Positions 12,003 through 24,300 of a DNA stretch of 64,000 bases are shown in pieces (within the stretch, counting starts at the first letter, position 1; every line of letters begins with the position of its first letter). Source of the DNA: Raillietiella orientalis (lineage: Eukaryota); the NCBI GenBank assembly GCA_036172245.1, contig JAYWIR010000048.1:1240001-1304000 (forward strand), written 5' to 3'. Position numbers and translations under genes: made by a program. The notes below the pieces were generated by a model. The model was not told where the DNA came from, made no database searches, and was given only the letters and a program-made list of their open reading frames with translations.

Positions 12003-14210
12003 TTATTTTTGCTGGGCTTTGGTTTCAGATTTTTTTTCAGATGCGAGGTACAACTGATCTGGGCACTCAAGATGGACACAATGAAATACCTGCAATACAT
12101 ATTATGCAAGCATTGTCTAATGGACCTCACCTCATTGGCTGTGTTGTGAGTTCCCACAATGCGAAGAAAACTCACAGGGCGAGGTGTAAATGTTAGATGT
12201 TGCCACGAATGGCACAACTGCTCAGAGCGATCACATGCAGGCTGCCAGTCTTTCTGATTAATGGATGTCTCAACATGATAACTGTAATAACGGTCATCAC
12301 AATCCCAAAGGAGCAGACCAACAGAGCCGATAATGTATGGCTGCGCCAGTTGCACAACAATACAACCACTCCCCAACTGATGGCATGTGTAGCCCGAGTT
12401 CCAGTCATAGTGCTTGGTGTCACCATCTAGAAGCGTGTACCTGTTTCTGCATACTCCTTCTATCACACTTGCTCTTTTTTCCAGAGTGGCTACATTCTCC
12501 TTGGGGACTAGTCAAAGTAGAAAGTTCTGTTCTCTGCTCCCTACCAATGATCCCATCCTCCAACTCAGGTACACTTGTGGTGAATTGGGCTTCAAAGGAC
12601 ACAACATGAAAGACCCGATTAACAGTGTTGTGTGTTCCCACTATTCGAATGTAACGCATCACTCGAGCTGGGAAGAAAAGATTCTGCCATGAACGGCATA
12701 AATACTTGCTGTAATCCACTACTTTGATCCATTCTCTGTTATCAATTGAAGTCTCAATGTAATAGGAATAGGATCTGACCAAGATTACTAAACTGGCAGG
12801 ACACAAACTAAGAATCCAGTTACCTGGAGTCGCGGTCCCACAGCAGCATGCTAATGTTGTTAATCATGCACTGCATGCTCAACTGAATAACAATTCCATG
12901 CTCTGGATTCAAATCAATGGGATGACGAGTGAAACCCCTTTCCATGTCATAATGGGTTGCCTCTCCATCCAATAAAGCCTCTCGCATCTCTCCTTGTATG
13001 ACAACAGCTCCATGTTGGGCTTGTGCCATGTTCTGCTCAAGTACTGCAAGCATTGCATATAAATATGGCACAAAGATAACCTTTGTAAACTTACTCAGAT
13101 GTCCTCGATATCTCATATTCAAGCTAGAGCTTTCAGTTTGTATTTGAATAGCATCCAGGATACTGTTTGGGTCAATCAGATCCGTGGGGCGCACTATCTT
13201 TAGTAAATCAGAAATGCTCATTAGTGACAGACGGACTTCCTGTAAAAGTTCGCTGGCATCCACATCTGGATTGTGTTCCATCCACTTCTGAACACTTTGG
13301 AAGATCATGAATTCAGGAACACAGAAACTATCTCTAGAAATAATTTCTTTGAAAGCTGCCTAAAAACAGAAATTCGCCACTGTATTCTTGTGACTACCAT
13401 GGACAAGGTGAAGATCGGAAAAATGGATACACCAATAAAGATTGGAAGAAAGTTTTGGTCAATTGAAAAACTCAATTTGACCATGAACTTGAGAATGCAA
13501 ACGTTAACTTGCTAAACAAACTTACAATAGGAAAGATAACCAAGATATGTACCATTGACAAGCTGAAAAAACTTTCGCTTCTTATTATTTCATTAACATG
13601 GGCCTCTATGTAGGCACAGCAGATTGACTTTAAATTAGCATGGTTATATAAATGCGCAAGATCATATATTGCGCAAACATTTTTCATATTTAACACAGAA
13701 TTGAGGTAATCAATGATACCGGCTTCCAAGTCCTCAAATCGATAAAGATGGGAAAGGCTTAAGATTTCCAAAATTACATCTTCCTAAAATAAAAACCAAT
13801 CAGCACCTCACTTTGTTAAATGTAACTTAAATTAAAGAAAAAATTCAATTCTTACTTTTAGTTTGGGCAAATTCATGCGTCCGGTATATATGTACTTCAA
13901 AAGAGCTCTGAAGGCTTGCAACGGTGTGCTCCTCAACTCAATTCTGTACTGTTGGGTTTCACACATGCCACTATATAGCAAAGCTCTGCAAAAAATTGAA
14001 ATTAACTACTTGCTATTCACATAACTACCTGAAATATTCGCTTCTGCTGGCTAGGATTATTTTATGAACAGCGCATTCTGTATCCTCCACCACAAAAACA
14101 ACATCAGTATGCTTGCCACTCAGCAGCAAGGCTTCAAAATTTTTAGACAAGCTGTCAAGATGCGATATTTCTCCACTGTTTGGTAACAAATCGTTTTCTT
14201 GACCACTCAT
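12003..14210 (-). CDS. BTBD9: BTB/POZ domain-containing protein 9 (BTB-BACK plus two discoidin/F5-8-type domains)
   Basis: Exons 14210-14029, 13985-13856, 13783-13553, 13359-13095, 13043-12824, 12774-12545, 12507-12131, 12089-12003. BTB motif DVVFVVEDTECAVHKIILASRSEYFR; repeated LLWDRDSRSYSYYIETS / LLWDCDDRYYSYHVETS and IRIVGTHNTVNRVFHVV / LRIVGTHNTANEVFHCVHLECP, typical of BTBD9. Confidence 0.95.
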
Positions 14211-17200
14211 GCTGATCAGTATGTTTTAACCTTCAAGTCTTCATTGTAAACTTTTTGGGTATCTTGTCCTTATATTTAGAGAACCTGCCGTTGGGGAAGG
14301 GGGAAAAAAAAGAAAAAGGAAAAATACATGCAACGTAATGAAACCCTTTATATGGAGAGAAACATTTTGAAAAACAGAAATACACAGCAAACATGCGTTA
14401 ACCTCATGTCCTTTTTTGCCGATCACATCTGCCATACACAATTGTCCAAAATAAACTGAAGATGCAGTGTTCTCAAGATGCAGTTTTTTCGGCATTTAAA
14501 AACTACAGTATTGTACATACTATACCATTCGGTTAAAATCAGATTATTCCCTATCTGTTCATCACAGAATTGTTTGCTAGTCATTATCAAAACAAACGAC
14601 ATCATATATACTCCACCGCTTAGCTTTAATCTATTAGCAACTTTAATTCTGATACAAAAACTAAGTTTGTGTAAAGGTATAAATCCCATGCTTCTAAAGT
14701 TAAGAAATCATATTATGAATAAAGTTATCAATTATGCCAAAAGTGCGTACGAATTATAATGTGTCTCCTAGTTACTAGTGTGAGAAGACATTATGTGGTC
14801 CACGTGAGAAATATGAAAGGGTAGAAAATTAAAAACAAATCAAGATAGTTTTTCACTTCGCACTGGTAATCGTTTGTAATTATGACATTTCTGTACACTC
14901 GTGTTCTTCATTTTTTGCTAAATACAAAACTGCTCGTGATAATCTTTTCGGGAAATCTCTTATTCTTTGTAGATTCATGACGGTTCAGACAAAAGTTTCG
15001 TAATTCAAGAGCACATCAAAAGCTGTCCTCTTGATATCTAATTCTCGTCGTTTCAAACTAGAAGCGGAATGTTGGATAACTCGTTATAGAATATTCGATT
15101 CATATATCTATCACAGAGCATCTTAATATATAGGACTTCTGTGACGCAACCTGGTTTTGGGTAGTTTCATATGTTTGAAGCCTAAATTATCCTTAATGGA
15201 TCCGTGTTTGCTAAAATCCTTTCAGAAACGAGTGAGAGTCATGAAATTCAATCACTTTTCCATCACTTTCACACAGGGATTGAACGAGGCTTCGTTGTTT
15301 CGGATGCCGTCTTAGATTTGACATTTGTTTCCCAAGTTCTTCTGCAGTTTATTTTCCTGTATGAATCCTATAGAGTCAAGAATGTTCATCGCCAGTTGTA
15401 TTCCATTAATGCTTTTCAGCATGCCAGTTCTCTTAAGCTTGATGTTATCGAATGCAGTGGAAGAGGGGTGTGGAGATCCCCTGTTAGGCACTGGGAGGCA
15501 CATCGACATTAAGGAGGGATCGGGCTGGGTAATGCTTAGATTCCTCTTACAGAGTTTGCTTGAAGAGCTCCTAGCATGACACGATTCCACAGAGAACCGA
15601 TCATCCATCTTACTTACTGAGTACTCCTTCTGTATTAGGACGATTTACTGAGACTTTGCCGCTGCAATCCGTACCGTTTGGGGGGTGTCTGTTGATTTAA
15701 GAGCAATGCACTCCTTCCAAGGAACAGTTTAGGCAACTTGATTTGTTGGAAACTCTGAAAGAAAAGAATATCGTGGAAAGTGAATCAAATACATCAGCAC
15801 AAGGATGGGTCACGAATGGTCGCGAAGGTCACGTGAAACGTGCACGATGCTCTGAGGAAACGGAACACTCAGAGATGAGCACATTTTGAAATGAACTTCG
15901 TTTCAAGTTTTGGAATTTGCTGTCCCTTGGAACCAGCTTTTCTTTTATGGTGGTTATTGCATGCTTATTACATGATCCCATGATGAGTTCCGTTTGCAGA
16001 TTAATTTTATCAATCTATAAGAACATGTTCCAACCAAAAGAACTGGGTTTATATAAGAACTGCGTTTGGGATGCCAATGCATGAGATTGCTCTTACTGTT
16101 TTTGATATACGCTTTCATAACTCACTGATTCCTACTATTAAATGCCGCCGAAAGCTTTTAGAATTGCAATGGTTCCGTCTTCCATTCACTGAATGAAAGT
16201 TCCACTGGCAGTTGGTCGTTAAAATTTCTCGTTTTTTATTGCTGATTGATAATATGTGTTGTTTCTTTTGCCACCGTATCTGTCATTTCTTTCGTTGTTT
16301 CGTTTTCTTTCGAACTCTTTACCTGGAAACTTTCCGTGTCGTTCCTGGGAGGGAGTTTGTGTGGCCACACGACCAGCGGGGTGCCGTCCACCGGACGGGA
16401 ATCTTCTTGAAGACCGCTTCCCGATGGCCCCAAAATAAAACAAAGCTTGTGAGCATCCTGGACAGGATCCAGATAACGTCCCCAGGCGAACAGTGAATCC
16501 CTTCTCCACCCCCTTTTCCTCAAAGGACTCCCCTCTCCCCCCTTTTCTTTTTTGTCTTTTATCTTTTTTTGGGTGATTTTCCCTCCTCCTTCGCCGCTGG
16601 AGCGGACCTCATCGGTCTGCGCCGGCCCCACCCTCACCGGTTTTTGACAAGTTCTTCGCGCGGGGGGGAACCAAGTGCTCTACTACGAGCTTGTCATGTC
16701 GACGACTTTTGTTATAATTTTTTATAATAAATGCTCCCGAAAATCCGAGTGAAAAACCACGTTCAGTCCTTCGGAGGACCTGCCGGGGGGCGCAGACCGG
16801 CGAGGTGCACCTCGACAGCGGTGGGGAGGGGAGAGAGCGAAGGGAAGAAGAAAATAGAATAAAAACAAACAAAAAAACACCATTCTGGAGATCCGGGAAG
16901 GGATCACGGTCCGCTGCAGGGAGCTCCCTACATCCTTTCCCCAACGCCGGCTAGGTCCGTCTGGACAGCGGTCAGGTGGGGGGGTGGGGGCGAACTTGAT
17001 TGCAGGGATCGACCCCTGGAGGGAGTCCCTTGTGTGCGGACGACGCTGGGATTCACGAGGCCCGTTTTTCCGGGTTCTCAAGCGAACCTCTCTGTCTGAA
17101 CGGAGTGTTTTCGGGACTTTCTCGTTGTGGAAGCAAAAGGGAAAGAAAGGAAGGAAAAGAAAAGGAAGGAAGGAAGGAGGGAACACAAATTTCCCTGCTG

Positions 17201-18372
17201 GAGGGGGGAGCGAGGCCGATGCAAAGCTGCTCTTCCAATGAGCTCTTCGGTTAGGCGCTTTCCCTGGAAGTTTGCCACACCAGGCGATGGCCAAAGAGGG
17301 ACGCAATTCGGCGGGGGAGGGGGAAAGCTGAGGTCCTTGGCCGATCCGCTTCGTCCGTGGCGTCTGCCCATCCCTCGGACCCGGCTGTACGGGGACTTGG
17401 AGGGCAAGGAGGGGGCTTGCCTGGCCACGCGACCACGTGACCACCGCGGGAGGAGTCGCGAGAAAGCAAACCCTCCTCCCCCATCCCGCCGGGGTCGGCC
17501 GTTTGTCCCCGGCCCGATGGGTTCGGGGAGGTACCTCATCCGTGCTCCGTAGGGGATGAAGCGTCCTTCGCGGGGGCTCGGGACTCCCCCTCGCGCTTTT
17601 TGGGCAATCACGGCTCAACGCTTCGAAGTGCGCGCAGACGCGCAGTCCCGTTCCCGAATCCGGGACAGCGTTCGACACGAGAAAAATTTCGGTGAACCAA
17701 TGGCACGGTGAATGCGAATGGAATCCAGAGGAGAGGGAGGGAGGAGAGGGGGGGAGGAGGAGGCTGCGAGTACCACGCGGAGCGGAGATTCCCCTCACGG
17801 ATTCGCTGCCTCAACGTACCCGGTCCTTCGGGACTCGGAGCCTCGGAAGAGTTTCGTCGGAGCTGCTGGAGGTGCCTGGTGCCTGTGTGTGCGCTGCGAG
17901 TTTTCTTTTGGGGACTTCTGCTGACGGGCCGCCCTGCACTGATGACGGCGACTGCGGAAAGTCGGCGCTGAACCCGTCGAAGCTGCTCCGTGCCAACGCC
18001 CGTTCGCACCTCTCCCGGACGCCCTCTGCATCCGACAACGCCGGGGAAAGGCGAGCGTTCAGTTCCAGCGTAGAGCATGCGGAAGTCGCGGGGAAGAAGA
18101 TCCTCTCGAAGTCCGCCTCCGTTCCCCTGCTGCACTTCCTCCATGTGATCCGGGATTCCCTCTTCCCCTCCGAGTTATACCCCAGCCCGTTCCGACCGCA
18201 GACAAGTAAAGAGTTCTTTCTTCCCAGTTTGCAAAGTCTACGACGGGAGGCGCAGGCAGAGTGCGTTTCTGGTAACCCAACACCGAAATGCACCGACGGT
18301 CTCATAAAAAACAGACTTCGTAAGAGTAAACTGATCCTGCGACCTGACTCGTGTTTAAAAATAAAGGATCTT

Positions 18373-21300
18373 ATGTTTCTGAACAGAATATACTTGGCAT
18401 CCGTCGTAGGTACGCTCAGCATCTTGCTCAAGTCAGGTAAGTGGAAAGAATGAGCTTTTCCGTGTTCCCGGTTTACGGCGGAAAGAAAATTTTTCGTCTT
18501 TGTCCTCCCTCTTCTTCCTCCTCCTTGCCGGATTCGTGCTTTTCCGGCTGCCTCTTATTCTCTCTCCCACAAAGTTCACCGAAAACACCAAATGCCGACC
18601 AGATGCGACTGGTGAGAGGAAAAAGTCAAAATAATCATCCAATGGGGGGGGGGGGGGTTAAAGTTAAAATAAGGGCGAGGGCGACGCCGTCAGCAGTCGC
18701 CTTCGAAATCCGTGCTAATCGAAGACTCGATTTTCAGCTCTGGAAAAGAGAGAGAGAGAGAGAGCGAAAAAAAAAAGAAGCTTAATTGCCCATGATGTGC
18801 TAATGGTCCAGGACGCCTTCCGCGGAGAGCGGGACGCGTTCGTTCGTCGATTCGGTTTCACGGCTGGGATGGGCAGGGTGCCTGCGCGCCGCTCGCGGGC
18901 ACTGCCCTCCCACGCACCGCCTCACCGGTGGCTCCGCCGGTTCCGCATCCCGTTAATCCGGTGGGATTCCGATGCTGTCGACCGACGCAGGTACTGACTC
19001 AGAGGTTGGCGCGCGCGGATCCCCGGCAAAGGGAGGGGGGGGGGGAAGGTCAGAGAGCTGTCGCACGTGCGCCAGCGGGGCGCGCGCCTCGCAGGGGGGG
19101 AGCCACACGCCGAGGACGGACCGGTCCGTTTTCCCGGATGCTGGCTGGCTCGACACCCACACGAGCTGCGCTCCTGATCACGGCAGCTGCTAGTCATCCT
19201 GTCGTCTCTCCGCTGTTCGCTTCTCCGTCACGAGGCTGAACGACGAAGAGGCTCCTCCAACGCCAGCACATCCGACGGCAGCCATCATTCAACGGAACTC
19301 TCGCTCCAGAAAATACCACCGGAGAACCGGAAGCTCTCGTGAGGGAACGAGCGGGTTCCCGGTCGGAAGACGGGCGACGCCACGTTCGAAGCGAGCGAAT
19401 GCATGATGTCGTGTACACCCGTTTGCGCGTGTATACATACATGTATGTATGCGTGCGAATGATGTGCGCATGTACGTGATCGTGTAGGCCTATGCATATA
19501 ATCCGTGCAACGTGTAACGTGCATATGTGTGCACATAACTATGCAATGTATGTGTGTTGTACGTGCGTGCATGCACGCATGTGTGTGTACGTATGCATAG
19601 GAGAATGACGGGCGCATGTAGCGTGCACATGTGCATGGCTGTGCACATATCTATGCAATGTATGTGTGTTGTACGTGCGTGCATGCACGCATGTGTGTGT
19701 ACGTATGCATAGGAGAATGACGGGCGCATGTAGCGTGCACATGTGCATGGCTGTGCACATATCTATGCAATGTATGTGTGTTGTACGTGCGTGCATGCAC
19801 GCATGTGTGTGTACGTATGCATAGGAGAATGACGGGCGCATGTAGCGTGCACATGTGCATGGCTGTGCACATATCTATGCAATGTATGTGTGTTGTACGT
19901 GCGTGCATTCACGTATGCATGTGCACATATGTGTCTGTGTGTGTGAATGCATACGCATGCACATACGAACGTGTATACACGTGTGCTTGTACGTATGCAT
20001 AGGTAGCTGTGCTTTCACGTGCGCAGGTGCGTGCGTGTGCACATACACGAGTTTGTGTCTCTACGCTTGGGTTGTGCTGTCTACGCTTCGTCTCAGTGGG
20101 AGCTCCTCGCGTTTCCAAGCAACGCGCACGCATCTCCGGGTGAAAGTGGGAAGGACAGCGCGGATGGGCGTGGGCCTCAGACCAGAAAGATGCTAATTTG
20201 GTTCCTCCAGCTGGCTGGCTGGGGCACGAACCGAGCCGTGAGCGCCACCTTCCTCCCGCAGCGCATTTTTCGCCGCGGGAACGGAGGATTTTCCCCGGGA
20301 TTCCGCACGGAGGCGCCATGGGGGTCTGGTGCGCTGCTGCTTCCCCACGGCAGGCACCGAGCCCTCCTCCTCCTCCTTCCTGGAACGAAATTTCACCGCG
20401 ATCGCCTGGAGATAAAAGCAGGATCGAACCCGGATCGGCGGCAGGAGCTCTGGGAGCGGAGAGCAGAAGGGAACTCCTGGATGACGGTGAGGGAGAGGGC
20501 AGCGAACGAGACGACGAGGAGGAGGTTCGCCCCTAGTCGTCGCGCCCCTCCCAAGGAGGTTGCTAAGCCAACGGCAAACGCGCCGGCAGCCTCAGAGACG
20601 GAAGGTGTCGCACCGAGCTGTCGCCCGGCGACCGGTCGGATGGCTGCGTACCCGTGGGCAATGCGATTCCCCTCCCTCCCCCTCCCTCTAGCAGCGGCGC
20701 GGCGGTGCTTCCCCCTGCCATCCCTGCCGGCCGGTGAGAGGAGGTGGGGAGCAGCCTCAGCTGCTGGACTTCTCCCTCTCCCTGTTTCTCGGGACCCGTA
20801 CCTCCCGAGGCGGGCTCTTGACTCGCGAGAGTTCCCGCAGGTCCGTCTCCTGCACTCGAGTCGTGAGAGGGAGGCTCGGGATGGCACCAGCGGGCTCCTT
20901 GGGGAGCGTCGTTTCCGCTTCCCGTCCTTCCCCCCCCCTCTTCCCTCATTGAGAGGGAGCGGGGCGCCTTGAGCTCGCTCTCTCACGAGTCTCCGACCAC
21001 TTCGTTGCAGACCACTGCGTAGCAAGGTGGCCTGCTGTGCGGCTGCCTGCGGGGCGGTGGCAGAGGGCACGGGTCGACCTCGCTCCTGTCCTTCCCGGCG
21101 TCCCGGGGGGTGAGTGGGGGAGAGCGTTCCTCTCCACCTGCTCGCCGGTTCAGATGAACGGCCTGGAGGGATCGGGGGCTCTGAGCGCTCGAACCCCTGC
21201 GCAGACCGGGAGGGGTGCTGCTCCAGGAAGACCCGGCCAACCTCGTCTCCTGGGAGACGGGGAGGGAGAGAATATCATGTTCGACATTCGACCCTTTCCC

Positions 21301-24300
21301 CGGTTCAGCACCACGATCTCCCATTCCATGCTCCACCTGCTCCGGATGAAGATCCTTGCTCTCGAGGGGCCCGTCCTCCCCTCCCCAAAGAAGGAAGGGA
21401 CCGTCCCAAGCTGCCCCCTCCCCCCATCTCCGGGTCTAGGGTGATCACGAACGGGGGTGAAGGTGGCTGGCTATCCGTGACTGTCACCATGGGATGGGAT
21501 TGATGCTTCTCAAAGGAAGAGAGGGGAGGTCGCGGAGGCCGGCAAAACTTCCGGTGGCTCTACCGCCGCCGCCACTGCCAAGATCCCCCTCCCCCTTTCT
21601 CTCCCTGTGTTCTCTCCCGCCTCGTCATCGGAATCCTCCGCACTGCCTGCGTTCGAGCCGCGCTTGCGCGCGCCATCTCCTGCTCCTCTCCCGATCCTCC
21701 TTTCCTTTTTGGCTTCTTGCGGCGCTCCCCTGCTCTTCTTTAGCGCAAGGACGCACACAGCAGCTTCCCCGCTCGGCTAACCGCAGCCGGTCTCCCCTCT
21801 CATCAATCACTCGGTGAAGGAGAGCAGCGAAAGCATCTTGTTCCTCAGCAACCGATGCTGGGTCCAGGGGGGGAGACGCTTCACTCACCTCCCTTCCCTC
21901 TCCCTTCTTCTCTCCTGTGTTTGCGCTCGCTCGCAGGGGCGCGTGGTGCACCCGCGGTTAAGTGGCTCCGGCGAGACGGTGGCCCCCGCGCGCAGACGCG
22001 TTTGCTTCCCGGAGTTCGTTGACTCGCGCGCGGACCGGGGAAAGGGGGGGTGGGAGGGATATTTGGCAACGGGACGGGGAAGGTTTCTCCTCCTCGCGGA
22101 GTCGCGCGACCTGCCCTCAAGAAATCCTTCGTCTTTGGGCAGAGTCCGCCGTCCTCGGGAACGAGGGAGTTCGCGTGAGGGGTTGACGTCACACGTGGAG
22201 CGACCAGGCCAACCCGAGAATGGGAGCAAGCGAAAGGCTCAGAGGGACGGAGACTCGGGGAGGTCATGTCTCACGTTCTCAGTGCGTGATGGGTTGCCGC
22301 CGTTGCCCCACGGACTGCCTCTTCCGTCTTTGCTTTCGCCTCTCTTCCGTGCAGCCACCATTTGCAAAAAACGAGAGAGAAGAAGAAGACATGCACCCAA
22401 TTCAGTTCACTAGAGGCACGGTGAATCTCTGCGGAAGTTTGCCATCTGCGAGAGCGCAGCCTGCGGAAGGCACTCAGAGGAAGTCACTCCCTTTAGGGAG
22501 CTCACATTCGAGTACTTCTCCCGAGAGGAGTTCGACCTCACAGTATGCGAGTTCTGTGCGGGGAACTTCGCGAACGATCTTTCTTCAATCCTCTCCGAAA
22601 CAGATACGCTTTAGAACACAGGCAGCACGCAAACCTCGGCCTGCCAGCGAGGAGCCTCGCCGTCGCTAGGCGAGATGGACCGCGAGAGCAGCACTTCGCG
22701 CCCAAAGCTCAGCCACGTTGCTACGGACACTCCTGTGGGTCCGAATGCCATACACGATGGCCGCGGCGTTCTCAGAGATTCTGGTTGACAGTCGGGTGTG
22801 GGAGGATGTCCGCCGATCGGTCCAGCAGAATTGGCTTTTTGCTCTCCGCCCCTCGTCGTCTGTGCCTCCTGCCTAGAAGAGAACTCGTTCTGGAGCTTTC
22901 TCTGTGTGGGGACGAAAGTGAAAGTAGTAAATGTTCGCTCCACCCTCCGAATGCCACCGGCTCCCGAATCGGAAGCGAGGGATGCTCGCGCGACTTCCCG
23001 TTTTCGGAGGGGGACCTTCCCCCCTCCCCTTTTCGAATATCCGTTTTTCCGGATCCTCCGTCCCCTTGATGCTCCGCTCTGTATGAGACGGACGGAACGT
23101 TTGAAAGGCTATCCGACCTCGCGACTTGAACTACCGGCCGGAGGCACTCGGCATCTTCGTTGACCTTATCAGGAGCGCACCTGAGTTCAATTTCCGAAAC
23201 CGATCCTTCCGTGCTTTCCGTCGCTTGTCAAATTGTCGTCGCCCTCGACCCTAGCGTGGCCGGTACTGCCGTTACCTATGACCACCATGATGGTGATCGT
23301 CTTCTGCGTATCTCTGACGTCATGGCTGTCTTTATTTGTATTCAGAGACAGTGAAGATAAGGATGATTCTGATGGCGTTCTCCGTGATCGCCACCACGAT
23401 CATTCTCGTGGCTGCCTCCATCAGAGGCGTGGTTTCTGTGATGACTTGTGTCGTCAAGGTCGCATCGCAACCATCACCGTGCCTTCACTAACAGGAGCGT
23501 TCGTGTTGGTGCAGCGGCGTCGACGGTCGCCAGCACCCTCTCCCCCAGGTCGGCGGGCGAGGATGGCGTCCGCAGTTTCCGCTCCGCCTCTCGCTCCCTT
23601 CGCCGTTTCCCAGCTCCCTCAGACACCCGCAGGCCGCTTCGGATCGGACAGCTCCGATTTTCATCCGGCGTCGTCCGAGCTCGCTCCTGCTGGCAGGTTC
23701 TCCGACCGCTACGCGTCCCCGCGTCCACGGCGGCAGGGCTGCCAGGTGCAGCGTGGCCTCTTCTAAGACGCTGTCCTTCTGCCGGCGACTTCGCGCGCGC
23801 GCAGCTTCCTCGGACTCTCGTGCGTTCCCAGTCGCGCCGGGCGACGGGGTTCGCCACAGCAGGAGTCTGCTGCAGAATATTTGCGGATGCTGCACGATGG
23901 CTGCCTCGAGCTATAGCGAGCAGATCACTGACCGACCTGAGGAGAGCAACGCCGGGAAAATCGCCGGCCAAATCGAGTTTCTTCGTCCGTACCCCGCGCC
24001 GCGGGCCATCAACCTCAGTCCTTTCGTGGATCCTGCGTGGACTCCCTCATCCCCCTCCGCCCCTGAGGACGATCGCTCTGAAGGTCGGTGTCCGGGCGAA
24101 GCATCCGCCAGACGAGTAGAGCTCGGCGGGCAACTTGGCAGCGACAGAACCCGGTCGGGCAGTGGAGGGGGAGAGGTTGTCGAGGCGCCGCACCAGACGT
24201 CACTGCGAGGAAGGCGAACGGGGGAGGGAGCCGGCGCGGGTAGCGGACGTCCGGGTCCCGTGGGCTGGGGACCGCTGGTGCGTCCTCTGGAGCCGACGGT

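Noticed and set aside
17692..18372. 227-codon in-frame extension upstream of the Neto ATG
   Set aside because: It starts at GTG with no in-frame ATG, would bury the signal peptide, and an open frame of this length is plausible by chance in GC-rich DNA.
19539..19907. CRISPR-like regular repeats
   Set aside because: Head-to-tail tandem copies with no unique spacers, no cas genes, and a eukaryotic intron context.
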